Source: Paramecium tetraurelia (taxonomy: Eukaryota). From it: a stretch of 64,000 nucleotides of DNA. Location: positions 186,001-250,000 of the forward strand of contig CT867998.1 in the NCBI GenBank assembly GCA_000165425.1. Reading direction: 5' to 3'. Numbering within the stretch: the first letter of the stretch is position 1; every line of letters begins with the position of its first letter. Shown one piece after another: positions 52,736 through 64,000 of the stretch. The notes under the pieces were generated by a model, which did not search any database, was not told where the DNA came from, and worked only from the letters and a program-made list of their open reading frames with translations. The translations under genes were made by a program, and so were the position numbers.

Positions 52736-54138
52736 TCACTAAATCATTTACACCAGGGACTCCCTGACATTCTTTTTAAATAATTAATATATTTCCTAAT
52801 TGGTCTTGTTCATCGTCTCCACTCCGTACTTATAGAAGATCAGCACACCTAATATCGTGATGACCGCGAAAAACAAGAAACAGTTTTACATCCCCAAATG
52901 TTTGCTTAATTAAATACACAAAAGTACATGGCAACTGGAAACACCAATAAGATGATTATCGAATAGCCCCAAAAAGTGTAGTAGCAATATGAAATCAATT
53001 GTTAAGGAACAAATTCAGGCATGTAAACAGGGACGATAGGGCCAGTCGAACTAAAATTGGCAAATACAAATACGAAGATGAACACAATTAGCAGGTCATC
53101 ATTCTTTAAATAAGAAAATATGAAGATCCCAAAATTGGCTACGAACATTAATGAAAGTCCTGCCAATAGAGGTTTCCTCCTACCATAATACTTGAGAGTA
53201 ATCGTCCCAGCAAAACTATACAATATCCATTTAAGTACTGAAATCAAGAAGGATAAAAACTAAGCAGTCTTCTAAGATTTTGAATCATTAAAAATTTATG
53301 TTGAATATTGTACTACTGCGTTGAATCCACAAAACTAGAATACGAACATTAAGAATAATCCAAATTGGAATTATTTCTTGTATTTTCTGATTGTCTCTCC
53401 CAATTCAACTTATTTATTCTATGTTTATGATTATTCCCGTATATTTTCTAATAATTCTTAATAGTTGGAACTTTGATATATCTTTTTCAATACTGCCAGT
53501 GCTTTATCATCCTAATTGTTCTGTATGTAAAAGATAGGAGTCTAGAAATTATATATGGTTTTCATCACAATGATCCTTATCAAACTTGGAATTCCACCAA
53601 CGAAAAAGTACACTCTCCAAAAATATTGATTCAATTGATCAGGGGATGTAATATCGTCCGTTGTTGGAAACCATACCCCATAGAGCATAGTCAAAAAGTA
53701 CCCAAATGAAAATACTGTTGATAATAAGCCACCCATCGATGAGTACATTGATGTCGGCGAAATTTGCCTAATAAACACAGGCTAACAAACTGCACACATC
53801 CCACAACCTATTCCCGCTATTATTCTTCCAATAAAAAATGTGTAGATATCTGAAAAAATCAATAATGAACTCCCCACAAACAAGCAGACGTCTGCCATCA
53901 GGATTCCTGTGTGATATTTCTTTATGAATGTGGTTAAGATTGCTCCAAAGAAGGCTCCAATATATGCAGAGCTAGTTAGAGCTCCCGCAAAAAAACTTTA
54001 ATCATCCTTGCTTATTTCAAAAACTATATATAAAGTTTTTAGGGCATTGTTCATAGAATTTGAAACAAATGCATATGAAATAGACCCTATATTAAATGAT
54101 ATACATGCAATTACTACCCACGTTTTATTTATTTACAT
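52736..54138 (-). CDS. MFS sugar-porter family transporter
   Basis: Multiple TM helices, FFIGRIIAGIGCG, QFCGFNAVVQYS, YGRRKPLL, TGPIVPVYMPEF, VETMNKT; one 23-nt intron. Confidence 0.92.
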
Positions 54139-54339
54139 TATTCTAGTTATTATAAAATTATCAATTCAATAAATATGATAAAACCTAGAAGTAATTCATT
54201 AATATTATCATAATTCAAAATGGTGATGAATTTAAGTAATCACTTAAGAAGTTCATTATTTAGAAACTAATTCAATAAGTATAATATCAAAATTTATTTA
54301 ATTTTTGATTGAAAATCTATATAAATTGAACAAAAATGC

Positions 54340-55239
54340 TCAATCAAATTAAATTGGTTTGCTGAGGTTTTGCAATTCCTCAAATAATGCCTTGATTTAT
54401 TCCTAATCATCAACTTCTTATTTTGGCGATTCAAAGAGTGGTTAATTTAAGTTGGTTTCCAGAGTGTGTAGTTCGTTCTATAAGAATTTAGTAGTGAAAT
54501 ATTAGGAGATATCTTAGATTATTATAATTATGAGTTACTTTTGAATTTTTTGTGTTAAGACATTGCCCCTATAATGATGTCTATCCTCTCCAATTTGTGA
54601 TTCACTTGATCGAACTGACTGTGCAATAACTAGGATATAATGAGTTTTAACCTTTTTGAGATTCCACATTTCTTCCAAAAGCACCCCACTCTTTTATTTC
54701 AATATTTGCATGTCCTCGTCTAACCTTGTATTTGTGTCTTTGATATCAGATGCGCACACTCTTAAGATGTTTTACTCCTCCTTCAGTTTAGCAGCTAAGT
54801 AAAGTAATATGATGTACATGGTTAATTAGGATTGACAGATTCTTAATTCCCATCATCATTGTTTCTTCTTTTTATAAATTACAACATCTGTCTATTGATA
54901 GGTAACTCAAATGTATTACTTAACTCCTTTTCTGAAGCATTTGTGTTTAAACTCTTGTCCGTCTTAGTGTTTACTCTTTTTAAAATTATACAAATTCAAT
55001 TGTCTAGCAAATAACTCTTTAAGTGTACCTTAGAAAACTAGAGTAGTTTCTGTGTTTGAAATATTGTGGCAGAACCTATTATTATAATAACTTTTGGCTT
55101 TTCACTACAAAACTTAATCCTTCTTCAGTCCAAGAGACAATATGAGATATGGATTGATCCTAATTCTTTACAGGAGATTTACTTCTAGCATTTCGAATGT
55201 TTTCATAATAAAAGTTGGGACCAATGAACGAGTAGCCAT
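54340..55239 (-). CDS. HSF-type DNA-binding transcription factor
   Basis: PTFIMKTFEML, IVSWTEEGLSFVV, VLPQYFKHRNYSSFLRQLNLYNFKK, EFKHKCFRKG followed by coiled coil; 6 micro-introns. Confidence 0.93.
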
Positions 55240-55372
55240 CGTGTGAATAATATAATTTAATTATAATACACATTATATATTGATTTATTGTAAATAATAG
55301 CAATTTCGAGAGTCAAAGTCTTTTGATAATAATACTTTTGTTGTCTATAATATATCCAAAAATTAAAGTAGA

Positions 55373-56641
55373 TCATATAAGAGGTTTTCTGCACATTGGA
55401 CAGGTAATCTGATATTCTTGCCATTTACTCAAGCATTCCTTATGAAATATGTGTTGGCAATTTGTCTTAGCCCATTGCAAATATGAGTCTTGGGTTTATA
55501 TGAAATCTGTGAGACAAATTGAACATTCATGAATGAGTTTCATATCATCTTCGGAGGGAGTCTGGTATGAGTAGGAAATTGAAGAATTCCGGTTTTTTCT
55601 CTTAAAACAATACCAATATATGAACATCAAAGCTACTATTAGAATGAGTATAATAGTAACAACTAATATGATTGTTGCCATCTCCTCAGCATCTTAGTGG
55701 TAATGTATCTAAAAGTCAATTGATAATTTGAAATTTATTTCTTCTTCGGATTGCAATTTGATGATCAATAGATTCTGAGGAGGTTGCTGGCCAAAAGTAC
55801 TCTCCAATTGAGGTTCTTGTAATAGTCTTATGTCAACTCTTTTGGAATCCAAAAGTGTGTGATTATAGCTATTGTTGATATCGCAGGGTAGGTTATATCT
55901 TTATGAAACCAGCATTTGTATTTTGATTTTGGATTTAATAGTCTTTTCTGTTTCAAAAGCAAGGCTCAGACTATAATTAGAAGTGGCGTTGAAAGTTGTA
56001 TAAATATATTATTAAGCTAATATCGAAATGTTCTAAATTGTAAATGGTAAAAACTGTTGAGCTGATTGAGAGCAGTCTTCATCTAAGAATCCTTAATTGC
56101 ATCGGCATGTGCCATTCTTACGTTATAGTGATAAAACTTACTATGCATTCCCCATTTTGGGTACAATTATTGGGACATTGCATGATGTGTGATGCTGTAA
56201 AAACTAACTAATAATTCTAAGTTTTATTGGTTAATATTGTCAAATAGGATTCTGAGCCACTGTTCTAATCTAAGTTTAATTGTAAATAGTGATATTTTTT
56301 TGATTATTATTGTCTACTTAATATCTCATATGTATATACCCATTTATATCATAGTGATCGCAAAGTATTCTTTTTTTGGGTGATTCTAAATCATAGAAGG
56401 GAGCCTGTCCATAGGATTGTAATAACACCAAGTTCGGAGATGATCTGGAACGATGTTTGACAAATAGTTCAATTAGCAGGTATCTGGATGACTCTTCTTT
56501 TAATATTTTTAATTGGAAGGTTGAATTCACCCTTTTTTGGGTCAGATTGAATTTCGTCTGGCCTTGTCTGACATCGATTTCCAAAATTTGGAGAGTAAAA
56601 ATAGATTAAAAGTGAAAAATTAGGATTAGAAATCTAATCAT
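55373..56641 (-). CDS. Signal peptide - EGF - TM - RING-H2 protein (putative membrane E3 ligase)
   Basis: [88 protein letters not shown]..CPMCR. Confidence 0.88.
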
Positions 56642-56750
56642 ATTTAGCAAATATAAATTTCTTTGAATTTTTACACAATTAGTATAGAAATGCAATTAGG
56701 AATAGTCAGATTATGTCTATTTATATTCATTTTATTTTATATTTAAAAAA

Positions 56751-59524
56751 ATGAGATCAATAAATAATTCCATTGATACTCCATCCATTAAAGTTAAATT
56801 CAACCATAATGAGAAGGTTGATGAAATGAGAACGACAAAAACCATGAAAAAAATGCACATTTAGGATGAAATATCGATAGTTTGGGAATATTATATGTAT
56901 ATGATCATGGCTATTTTGGTTGAAATTATAGTACTAATTTTTAACAACGAGACCAAAATTCTCAACATGATCAGAATCACAATCCTTATACTTATTTTCA
57001 TAATCTCCCTTGTATACGCAAGAAAAATGCAGTAAAATTTATTATTGTGCTTGATTTGTTTGATTAAAATATTATAGACCTCCACCATCGGTCTAAACGA
57101 CCAAATCTATTTGATTGTCATGATACCATTCGCATATGATTCGATAACATACAACAGCAAAGTTGCAATCAAATTAAAACTCTTTGAGCAAATTTTAATA
57201 AAGATCATAGGCGTAAGTTTAATTTGCATTTTTTATAAATTGCCATTAGCGATAACTATAAATTTGTGTTTGATGACTTTGGAGATCTATAGAAATCGAA
57301 TCATCTTTATGAAGAAAGAAGGGACTAAATCGTTAATTAATTACAAAATCCCTATTGAATATGAATAAGTAGTGCAGAGTGCAAGAGGAGACAATACATA
57401 AAGAGAGGACATCTGGAAGAAACGATTCTACATAATACCATTATCGATCCTATTAATTTCCAAGGAGACTTTAAAAATTACCTATAAAAATCAGACCTTA
57501 TTCAAATAGTTTTGTGATAGTTTTATCAACGAAGAGGAATTGGAAGATCTCATATTAAACAAATTGCACTTCTCATTGCTATCAGATCATTAGGAATTCG
57601 TATAGTTGTCATCTACAAATATCATTAAATTAAAATAAAAAAAATCTAATTCATACAATCTTTTCCCCCAGAAATCTTGCATGGCTCAATTGAATACGTA
57701 TGATTTGATGCAAAAGAGAACTCTGATTGAGATTCTGACTTCAATCAAGAGCGAAATGTACAACATATAAAAAGACGTTATTGAATTATTTTGTCAGTAA
57801 ACAGAATTGTCTGGAGCCAAATATTAACTGGAGGCTAAAATTATTTTGTCTGATAAGGATGATGAATTTTTTGTGACCATTAATGATACGACTAAACAAA
57901 ACGAAATTCAGTAATTCATAGTCAAGGAAGAATTTAAAAGCAAAGTAAATTATATAAATATTCGAGATAATAGAATCATTTTCACATGAACTACGAACCC
58001 CATTAAATAGTGCCATCAACTTCTTGGAAGCTTCAATATCCGATAGCACCATAGATGATAAATTGAAACTTCAAACACTTGAACCAGCAGTCAATTCACT
58101 AAAACTGCAATCCTATTTGATCAACGATATCATAGATTATTAACATTACAATGCAAACCAATTGGAACTCTACGTAACTGAGTTCTCCTTACAAGATTTC
58201 CTCAGTGAACTGACATCTCTATTCAGTATATAATTTGATATGAAGAAGATTGCCTTCAATTTAGATTTGCAAAAGAACTCACTTCAATATTTGAGTACTG
58301 ATCAAACAAGACTCACCTAAATCTTAGTTAACCTCCTGTAAAACTCACTCAAATACACTTCCAGCGGAGTAATTCAACTCAAATTTAGTAGTGTCTCCAA
58401 TGATATACTGAAAATAGTGATTCAAGATTCAGGAGTGGGAATAGCTCCAAATGTTTTAGAGTAAGTTAGGATAACTCTGAAGTATGTTGAAGAAAGCAAA
58501 GATTTTCAAACCTTTAAAGCTTGGAAGGGATTTGGCTTATTAATCGTTGCTTTGTTACATTAAAGTCTGTGTCCTCCATCTTTAAAATCAATTCAGATCG
58601 AATCAACTGGATTCAATAAGGGAAACCAAGATTAAGTTCTATATTTTGAATTTCAATTACAGTTCCAAGCAGAATACAATCAAACAATCATTAAGTGCCA
58701 AAAATACACTTAGACAATCCTAAAGTGTTAAGAAATCATTTTAATCCAATTCCCTTAGTTAGATACTGCCTATGAATGGAACAATCTTTTTAGCCTAAGA
58801 CATCGCCTAAGTGAATTAACATATGAAGAGGAGTGAGAAATATCTGAATTCTGGTTCAAACACTTTAGATGATTTTTCGGAATTGTCTAAGAGTCCTATA
58901 ATTTAATTTTGCTCTCCTGATGCTAACATCTCCTAATTGGTCCAAATTCATCCAGTTTTAATTACAGACATCAAATCAAGTTAAAAGATTTCGATTAAGA
59001 ATATTAACCCCTAATATTAATCCTAAAAATCTCAAAAATCACAAATGTTCAGTCTAAATTAATTTAGAAAGATGGAGACACAACACAGAGAAGACATCTT
59101 CAAAACTTTGGCGACCAAATTAAATAAATGCAATTGCAAAATCATATTGTCAGTGGATGATGAAATTTTTAATTAAAAATCAGTTGAAAGACTCCTATAA
59201 TAAGTTGGATTTGATGTAAAATTGGCATTTAGTGGGGATGAAGCCATAAATCTAGTATTGAATCTGAAACCTTGTAGTTTAGCGTGTAATCTTCTAACCA
59301 TTATATTAATGGATTATTTAATGCCACGAAAAGATGGCATAGCCACAACTAAGGAATTAAAGAAACTTATGTTGGATGGTCTCATCCCTGAGATTCCAAT
59401 AATTGGTTTAACTGCCTTTACAGGTCAGTAGGATATTAAAAATTGCTTAATAGCAGGTATGAGTGATGTGCTATCAAAACCTTTAAAAATTTAAGAGTTA
59501 AAAGACGTCTTAGCATCTCTTTGA
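56751..59524 (+). CDS. Hybrid sensor histidine kinase (TM - PAS-like - HisKA - HATPase - receiver), one +1 frame break near 58624
   Basis: SHELRTPLN, QILVNLLQNSLKYT, DSGVGI, SVDDEIFN, ILMDYLMP, IIGLTAF, AGMSDVLSKP. Confidence 0.92.
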
Positions 59525-59562
59525 TTAGAAATACTGTCTATATATATATATAATAAGAATAA

Positions 59563-62373
59563 TCATAATATTGTTAGTAACTCACAGAAATCGTTGAGCT
59601 TTAAAGGTTTAAAAAGTACTTCTACCATCCCAGCATTTAGACAACTTTCGATGTCTAATTTACTAGTAAATGCAGTTAATCCTATAATATTGATTTTTGG
59701 GATGATATTCTCTTGCATCATTCTATTCAATTAAATAGTACATTCAATACCACCCATGACTGGCATTGAGTAATCCATCAAAATTAGATTCAAAAGTTCA
59801 CACTCCTTCGAGCATTTTTGTAGTTGTTGTATTTTTGTAACTGCCTCTTGACCATTGTATGCCTTAAATAATGTATGCATAATTACAATGATCACTTCAA
59901 AGCCGAATCTCTCGATCAATAATTTGATTGAGTTTTAATTAAAAATTTCATCATCTACTGACATTATTCTTCTGCACTTACATTTCAGTTTCTTCTTAAA
60001 TTTATTTAAGGCAGCATCGTGGTTTTACCTTTCCATCAATTTCAACTTTGTAAAACTCAATATTTTTGATCTAATTATTAATAATAAAGACTTACTTCAT
60101 TGAGGATGATTTCATTGATTGTACATCAAAAGATATACTCTGCTTTTTGTTCTCTATGATATTAATGATGAAATTGTGTTGTTAATTCTTCAATTATATG
60201 TATTGATTCGATAGATTTAATTATTAATCCGGTGATTCCACAGATTCTTGATCGTATTCACAAGTTCCTTTAAGTAATTTATTTATTGAGCCCTTTTGCA
60301 TGCCATTTATTCCTAAATTTTAGGATGCTAATAAATTTTCATTGACCAGGATAACTGTTCCAACAAGACTATTTTGATAATTGTCATTAGAAGCTCTTTT
60401 GTACCTAACAGATTTCTTTTTTACTAAATCATCAATGTTTTCACTTATTTCATCAATTAAAATTTATTTAATTTTAAATTTGAACTTAGTTCCTTTTTGT
60501 TATTTGGATTTTATTTAAAATGTTTCTGATAATTGTGGATTCAATTAATGCAATAAAATGCTTGAAATCAACAATCCAATTCCATCCCAAGATTTCAACT
60601 TTGAGAAATGTCTTAAATTATCCACTTAATTCACGTAGGTATTCAATTTCCTAGTAATATCTTATTTGATTCCTATTCCTGTATCAGAAACTGAAAATTG
60701 TATTGCACCATCCTCTAAATTTTTAATTTTTAGTATTGCGCCACCATGATATGTATATTTTAAGGAATTTTAAAGAACATTTACTAAGATTTACATTAGT
60801 CGATTGTAATCAGTTGACATCGAGGTTTGTGTGTTCTGAGTCAGATCTATCACAAAATTCAACCCTTTTTCTTGGAATTATAGATTAAAAATGCTTGTAA
60901 TTTCATTAATAACATCTTTGATCTGAAATTCCCTTACACAAACATCTAAAGTATTATTGTAGAATTATGAAAAGTCTATGACATCGTTGATGATATACGA
61001 CTATAATTATAAGGCAATTGATGCAGGTTCCAAACATTATTTCTTAATTTATAAGGGTAGTTATTCATTTGCTATGGCAGATTTAATGAAATTAATAGAA
61101 CTATTTAAAGGAGTCTTAAGTTCATGTGAGAGTGATTCAATAACCTAAAATATATTTAATAGCTTACTTTTTTTTAAAACTCATCCTTTACAATGAACTA
61201 TTGCAATTGCATTTATTTAGATATGTCTGACAAGATTATGGTTAATTCATCATCCTCATTACTCCAGAAGATAGTGCCGTTCATTTAGAACTGCTAAGAA
61301 TCTAGCACTTGATGGCAATACAAATTGATAGAATTTGCGCAAGGTTTAATGAGATTGTAATGGACTCCTCCAATGGAATTGAGTAAAATCTGTGTGATTG
61401 ATAATTTTTTTAAAGTCTCCATATCAAATAAGCTTGAACCTGATTAGTTGACAGGTCTATTAAAAAATTGTTTTCTTACAATATGGCTACTTGAATTTTT
61501 AAGCATTTCTAAACTGTCTTCTAAAATTGTGAACTCCAATTTATTCATTATCAAATCGTTAATTTGATTATCATCATAGCATAAAGTGTTGAAATGTTTC
61601 TTGGCAGTCTCATTTTTGAATTTAATTCCTAAGGATTTTTTATTGAGTATTATAATTGAGATTGGGATGGCATGCATTCTTTTGATCCAGAGATCTTCGT
61701 TTTTAATGAGGTTTTCATTGTCGCCATTGTGGCTGCTTAGGATATCAATTTAGATCTGATTTTCTACTAAATTTTTAGTATCAGTTATTATTTTATTAGT
61801 CTCAACAGATTTTTTATCTATTTTATTTCCTAATTTATATTTTGATCTTTGACTTTTCTGAACATATTAGGTTATTATTTGATAAATCTCGAGCACGATG
61901 GTGTTGCATATAATTATGATAAACACCCAGTTGTTCCAATAAACTGAGATAAATATTAAACCTAAAATCTTGAGTATTAGATAATTCAATAAATATTGGT
62001 AATTCTCGTCTCTTTACACACGAATTCCCTTATCAAATATTAATGACAGTATTGCTAGACTATTATATTCGTCACTCGTTATTAATTAAGTAATGGAAAC
62101 TATGTCACAAACAAATTTAATAAGTCTTGCAATCATGGGATTAAGTTTTTTTTATGTTGCGATGATAATTATGGTTAGACTCGAAGTTAATATGAATTTG
62201 ACGAGCATAAATACTGAGTAAGTATGATTATATAAATAATAAGCTAGATTACTGAATGAAAGTAGTAGCAAGTATAGTTCTATGTTATAATCATTTACAC
62301 CGCAGAATCTCTCCAAATTGGCAAGGTTAACAATTTTCGGTGAACTCTCTATTTGTATTTTGTGATTACTCAT
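59563..62373 (-). CDS. Hybrid sensor histidine kinase, paralog of the adjacent gene
   Basis: SHELKTPLN, QILVNVLQNSLKYT, DTGIGI, SVDDEIFN, ILMDYSMP, IIGLTAF, AGMVEVLFKP. Confidence 0.92.
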
Positions 62374-63157
62374 ATACTTGATTTCACCCTAATATTATCT
62401 TTTATATTTAATATTATTGAACAAAATTAATCAATATAACTCATCCTGATTTTAACATGTTGCAAAAATATCTCCATTATATGGGTTTCTTTTTGGTCAA
62501 AAAATTCCTCCTTCAGATTATTGTATTCTAGTATTTGATTGAATATCCTGACTATTATGCATTCAAATTTTATATTAGGAATATCTTAACTAACGAAGAC
62601 TCAGCAAATCCTCAGCTTGTGTGAAAATCTGACTTAAACTTTATTAGGTTCCTCCTTTTTCTGATTTTCTCCGCCTTCACTCTTCATTCGTCTTTCCGTA
62701 CTTACTTTCAATACTTATATCAAAATCGTTACTCCAATAACATGATTATTGGATTCAAAAATTTTATGATTTAATTAATTGAGAACTTAATTCTTAATTA
62801 CTTGATTCTAATTATGTATTTATTAATTGAAATGAAATAACATTTTTTCACCATCCTGATTATACCTGAATTGAGTAACAAAACATAACTATTAATACCA
62901 TCTAATGTATCAGAGAGAGATTGAGTCTTAAAAAACATCAAAAAAAATTTGGTGTTAGTTTTTCAAATTGTAGGATAGACAACATTTTACTTTTACTCAG
63001 ACTTTAGAAGTTGCTTGATTATTATATATCATTTTTATATGAAATTTATAAGACTTTGTCATAAATTGATTCATAGGTGGGTTGAATTTATTAAATTAGA
63101 ATTTAATGAATACATATTATTTATCAATATAAAATAGGAGTTTATAGATATAAATTA

Positions 63158-63828
63158 TCAGCAACAAGAGGAATCCACTTTTTTTTCGTCTTAATGAATT
63201 GAAAGCACTTTATTAGCATTACCATTTTATTGATCTTGGTGATGATGGTTGATTAATTTGGCGACTTGCAAAAATACTTCATTGACATTGGTGCCGTCCT
63301 TAGCACTGGTTTCAAAATAAGGGATGCCATGCTTTTCAGCCAATGATTGCGCCTCCTCATTTGAAATGCATCTCTCCTTGATATCTGCCTTGTTTCCTAT
63401 GATTCATATGGCGATAGCTACCTATTAGGACTTTAATGATGTTTTCACTAGCATGCTATTTGATTTAGTTCATCCACTTGTCAATGTCCCTCAGAGAATC
63501 CTTGTTGTTGAGTGCAAAAACCAATAGAATGCCCATGGCTCCTTTGTAGAAATTCTGAGTAAGGGTCTGATATTTCTCTTGTCCAGCAGTATCCCATATT
63601 TGCATCTTAACATTTTTTTCATCAACCTAGAGTTTCTTAATTTTGAAATCCACTCCTATTAAACAATAGTGGAGTTCGATTACCAATTGTACACATATAT
63701 CCTGTTTTGAAGTTGTTATCGCAGTATCTGAGGAGAATCTAGGTTTTACCGACTCCAGAGTTGCCCAACAAGAGCACTTTCATTAATTATTCATAAGGGT
63801 CTTAGGCCTTTTTGACTAAGGATGACAT
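63158..63828 (-). CDS. Rab GTPase (Rab8/Rab1-like)
   Basis: GNSGVGKT, TIGVDFKIK, IWDTAGQEKY, GNKAD, FETSAK, C-terminal SSCC; 2 introns. Confidence 0.95.
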
Positions 63829-64000
63829 AATCTCTATAAATATTAATTGTCAAAAAAACAATTGAAATATTATTAATAATTCTGATGAAAGACAATTTAA
63901 AAATAGTAAATAGAACAAATAGATATTATCAAATATTGAGTCGATGAAAAGTATCTCGAAGTTTCTCCTTTGAAATAGGTTTGGTTACAACACAATTAAA

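Noticed and set aside
54222..54260. Hairpin containing TGATGA as a SECIS element or C/D snoRNA
   Set aside because: Upper helix is too short for SECIS, there is no adjacent D box and no TGA-containing gene on that strand
33355..58630. Euplotes-style programmed +1 ribosomal frameshifting as the cause of the frame breaks
   Set aside because: No common slippery/stop motif, TAR is sense here, and the sites cluster in homopolymers like sequencing errors; kept only as a testable alternative

Overview
Gene-dense, very AT-rich eukaryotic DNA with the hallmarks of a ciliate macronuclear chromosome, almost certainly Paramecium. TAA/TAG read as Gln, TGA is the only stop, introns are tiny (20-30 nt, GT..AG) and many intergenic gaps are only tens of bp. 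The supplied ORF track uses the wrong genetic code and only shows fragments, so I retranslated by eye with code 6 and spliced the micro-introns. That gives about 34 protein genes plus one tRNA-Val(UAC). Recognisable products are two Rabs, DDI1, an ABCG transporter, a CDPK, a NIMA kinase, an HMG-box protein, mago nashi, a bacterial-type citrate synthase, a WCPPC redoxin, NOT4, a RING/B-box/LRR protein, ATP synthase subunit f, a ~2000-aa Cys-rich surface-antigen-like protein, Hydin (~14 kb), an MFS sugar transporter, an HSF, an EGF-TM-RING protein and a tail-to-tail pair of hybrid histidine kinases. The most interesting observations are: a 96-aa linker-histone-like protein; a tRNA-Val carrying initiator-type A1:U72 and A54/A60; a collapsed kinesin-like protein; the inverted histidine-kinase pair with a shared four-Cys motif; two apparently non-canonical introns; and about 16 extra bases that break three genes (most likely base-calling errors). 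All calls come from manual reading and no searches were run.
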